Origin: Octopus vulgaris
Taxonomy: Eukaryota
DNA: 64,000 nt
Assembly (NCBI GenBank): GCA_951406725.2
Contig: OX597840.1
Coordinates: forward strand, 35,774,001 to 35,838,000
Reading direction: 5' to 3'
The notes under the pieces are model-generated. The model saw only the letters and a list, made by a program, of their open reading frames with translations, did not search any database and was not told the origin of the DNA. Numbering within the stretch: the first letter of the stretch is position 1; every line of letters starts with the position of its first letter. The translations under genes were made by a program, and so were the position numbers. This document shows positions 60,177 through 64,000 of this stretch, in pieces.

Positions 60177-60634
60177 GTATATATAATGATATATACATGT
60201 GTATATATTGTGCATGCATGAATACATACATATTTAATACCCATCATCTAAATTATACACATATACACACACTTTCTATAAATGCATATTTTAGCTCTTT
60301 CACCGATTAAAGATAAATAAGCCACAATCCATATACACATATGTATATATATATATAAGATCATTATATTCTCAGTTTCACATCACGAACATAAATTTAT
60401 ATTTTTCGCTGGTTAAACGATACTCCAACGACACACGATGGTGTTACATAAATAAGAAGAACAATATATACAAGCCATATATGCATAAATAATCGCATAC
60501 TTACATTCAGATGCGTAAACATACACACGCATGCTTCTGTATGAAAACATATATACACTCCCTCGTTGATGTATACTAATAATTCGGCTTGCATACTTAC
60601 AGACATACATATACAGCCAAATGCATACACGAAT

Positions 60635-60862
60635 CGGCGAGCTGGCAGAAACGTTAGCACGCCGGGCGAAATGCTTAGCGGTATTTCGTCTGCCGCTACG
60701 TTCTGAGTTCAAATTCCGCCGAGGTCGACTTTACCTTTCATCCTTTCGGGGTCGATAAATTAATTACCAGTTACGCACTGGGGTCGATGTAATCGACTTA
60801 ATACCTATGTCTGTCCTTGTTTGTCCCTTCTATGTTTAGCCCCTTGTGGGTAATAAAGAAAT
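60635..60862 (+). mobile_element. SINE B, full-length monomer
   Basis: ggcgagctggcagaaacgttag (A-box-like), gagttcaaattcc (B-box), tail ttgtgggtaataaagaaat. Confidence 0.9.
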
Positions 60863-61014
60863 GGGTATACATACGTATGGGTGCTGAAAAGTTCTTACCC
60901 TCAAGGGTGTCGTGAACGGGTAGAACTGTTACCTGTACAGGGTAGGCAGGGCAAGTATTTTGAAGATATGCAAAAATTCATGATGGTATATATCTTTCGC
61001 GTTTTTCGCAGGTT

Positions 61015-61888
61015 TAACTGGTACTTAGTTTATCGACCCCGAAAGGATGAAAGGCAAAGTGGACCTCGGCGGAATTTGAACTCAGAACGCAACGTCAGAC
61101 GAAATACCTAATTATTTACTACTCACAAGGGACTAAACACAGAGTGGACAAACAAGGACAGACAAACGGATTAAGTCGATTATGTCGACCCCAGTGCGTA
61201 ACTGGTCCTTATTTAATCGACCCCGAAAGGATGAAAGGCAAATTCGACCTCGGCGGAATTTGAACTCAGAACGAAGCCGCAGACGAAATACCTATTTCTT
61301 TACTACCCACAAGGGGCTAAACACAAAGTGGACAAACGAGGACAGACAAACGGATTAAGTCGATTATGTCGACCCCAGTGCGTAACTGGTACTTATTTAA
61401 TCGACCTCGAAAGGATGAAAGGCAAAGTCGACCTTGGCGGAATTTGAACTCAGAACGAAGCAGTAGACGAAATACCTATTTCTATTTCTTTACTACCCAC
61501 AAGGGGCTAAACACAGAGAGGACAAACAAGGACAGGCAAACGGATTAAGTCGATTATGTCGACCCCAGTGCGTAACTGGTACTTATTTAATCGACCTCGA
61601 AAGGATGAAATGCAAATGGACCTCGGCGGATTTTGAACTCAGAACGTAACAGCAGACGAAATACCTATTTCTTTACTACCCACAAGGGGCTAAACATAGA
61701 GGGGACAAACAAGGACAGACAAATCGATTATATCGACCCCAGTGCGTAACTGGTACTTAAATTTATCGACCGCGAAAAGATGAAAGGCAAAGTCGACCTC
61801 GGCGGAATTTGAACTCAGAACGAAACGGTAGACGAAATACCGCAAAGTATATTGCCCGGCGTGCTAACGTTTCTGCCAGCTCGCCGCC
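61015..61888 (-). mobile_element. SINE B head-to-tail array (head, four units, one partial unit)
   Basis: Junctions at 61108, 61292, 61476 and 61665. Confidence 0.92.
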
Positions 61889-62242
61889 TAACAACAATAA
61901 GAATAATAAAAATGAGGGAAACCAGGACCAAAAGATTAAAAATAATATAACAAGTAAACGGATAGCATTTGGACGACATCTTCGATTATGTCCCCGAACT
62001 GTTCGAACTCTGATGCTAAATCTAAATCACAGACTATCAAATGAATCGAGTTGAACCGCGAAAGGTTAAACAAACTTGGCTCATCGAGTTAACAAACACA
62101 GCGATATTTATTCAAATTCTTACAAACCCAAACAAATTCCCATGTCAAATTGATAAATGTTAAATGCCCTTCTCTCGAGAAAGAGGGCAAAGGTTTTGCG
62201 ACTATAAATATAGCTTTCCACTGAAGAAATCGCTGAAAGCTT

Positions 62243-63350
<1,108 letters not shown>

Positions 63351-63521
63351 TGTACGCATGGAGGGTATCAGGGTGTGTATAAGTCTTGAAAAAATTACAA
63401 AAATCGATTCCAGGTGAGAATGTGATCGATAAAGCCGCGGGAACGTGCATTTGTAAAATCGTTTTTCTTGGAAGTCTATCTTTATTTCTTCTTTTGCTGG
63501 TGTCTCAAATTTAGGTCAAAC

Positions 63522-63756
63522 CAGTGTTTCTCAAAGGGGAGGCCTATGGGAAGGTCGGACAAGTTGTTTTGAGAAAATTTGGTTTAAATGTTTGACAACT
63601 CAGCACCGTCCATTGGACGGGTGGGGCGGGCGTTTTGCTCGTTTAATTATAAAAATGCAATTTGGATTCTTTTAAAAATCGAATTGGATATAAGGGTCTA
63701 CGGGAGCTAAATAGGAATCAAAGGGGTTCATAGATAAAAATAAAAGAGAACCGCTA
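63522..63756. mobile_element. Possible degenerate hAT-type MITE
   Basis: cagtgtttctc...gagaaccgcta imperfect TIRs; no clear 8 bp TSD. Confidence 0.3.
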
Positions 63757-64000
63757 AGCAGGATGGAATTGACTTTCTTCCAGTGTTGAAATTATAATGT
63801 CACAGATTCCAGACTTGATTTCTAAGTTTAGAATTTCACCATCACAACCGCCAATACCAATTAAGCGATGAACCGGTTTTCAAAAATTGATATCAATTAT
63901 ATTTGCTGAAAGACAAGCAATTTCAATGAAGATTAGTCTCAGCTACTTATAGCTGGAATTACATTTCGAAGTCACACGCTACGGACATAAATTCTGTATG

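Overview
AT-rich, gene-poor animal DNA, most consistent with an octopus or other coleoid intron/intergenic region (inferred from the microsatellite load and SINE types, not proven). No host protein-coding exon could be supported; almost all ORFs in the track are translated microsatellites or SINE reading frames. Contents: (1) dense microsatellites; (2) at least three tRNA-headed SINE families, my labels A, B, C; (3) decayed retro- and DNA-transposon fragments (Penelope-like GIY-YIG C-terminus, Tx1/L1-like 3' end, an ORF1-only element, R4/Dong-like pieces, mariner/Tc1 pieces, MITEs, an intact non-autonomous Helitron). Two hidden layers stand out. First, about a dozen type I hammerhead-ribozyme motifs from several sequence families sit in short islands between microsatellites, often in fold-back inverted repeats, with canonical cores and recurring core variants (U4C, G3:C8 swap, Y-Y at 10.1/11.1). 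Second, there appears to be SINE-targeted retrotransposition: SINE B copies, whose tail resembles the Tx1-like LINE 3' end, land in front of GGTA inside SINE heads (building head-to-tail arrays), and an ORF1-only element hits the same spot of SINE A. All calls were made by eye; nothing was folded, aligned or searched computationally.
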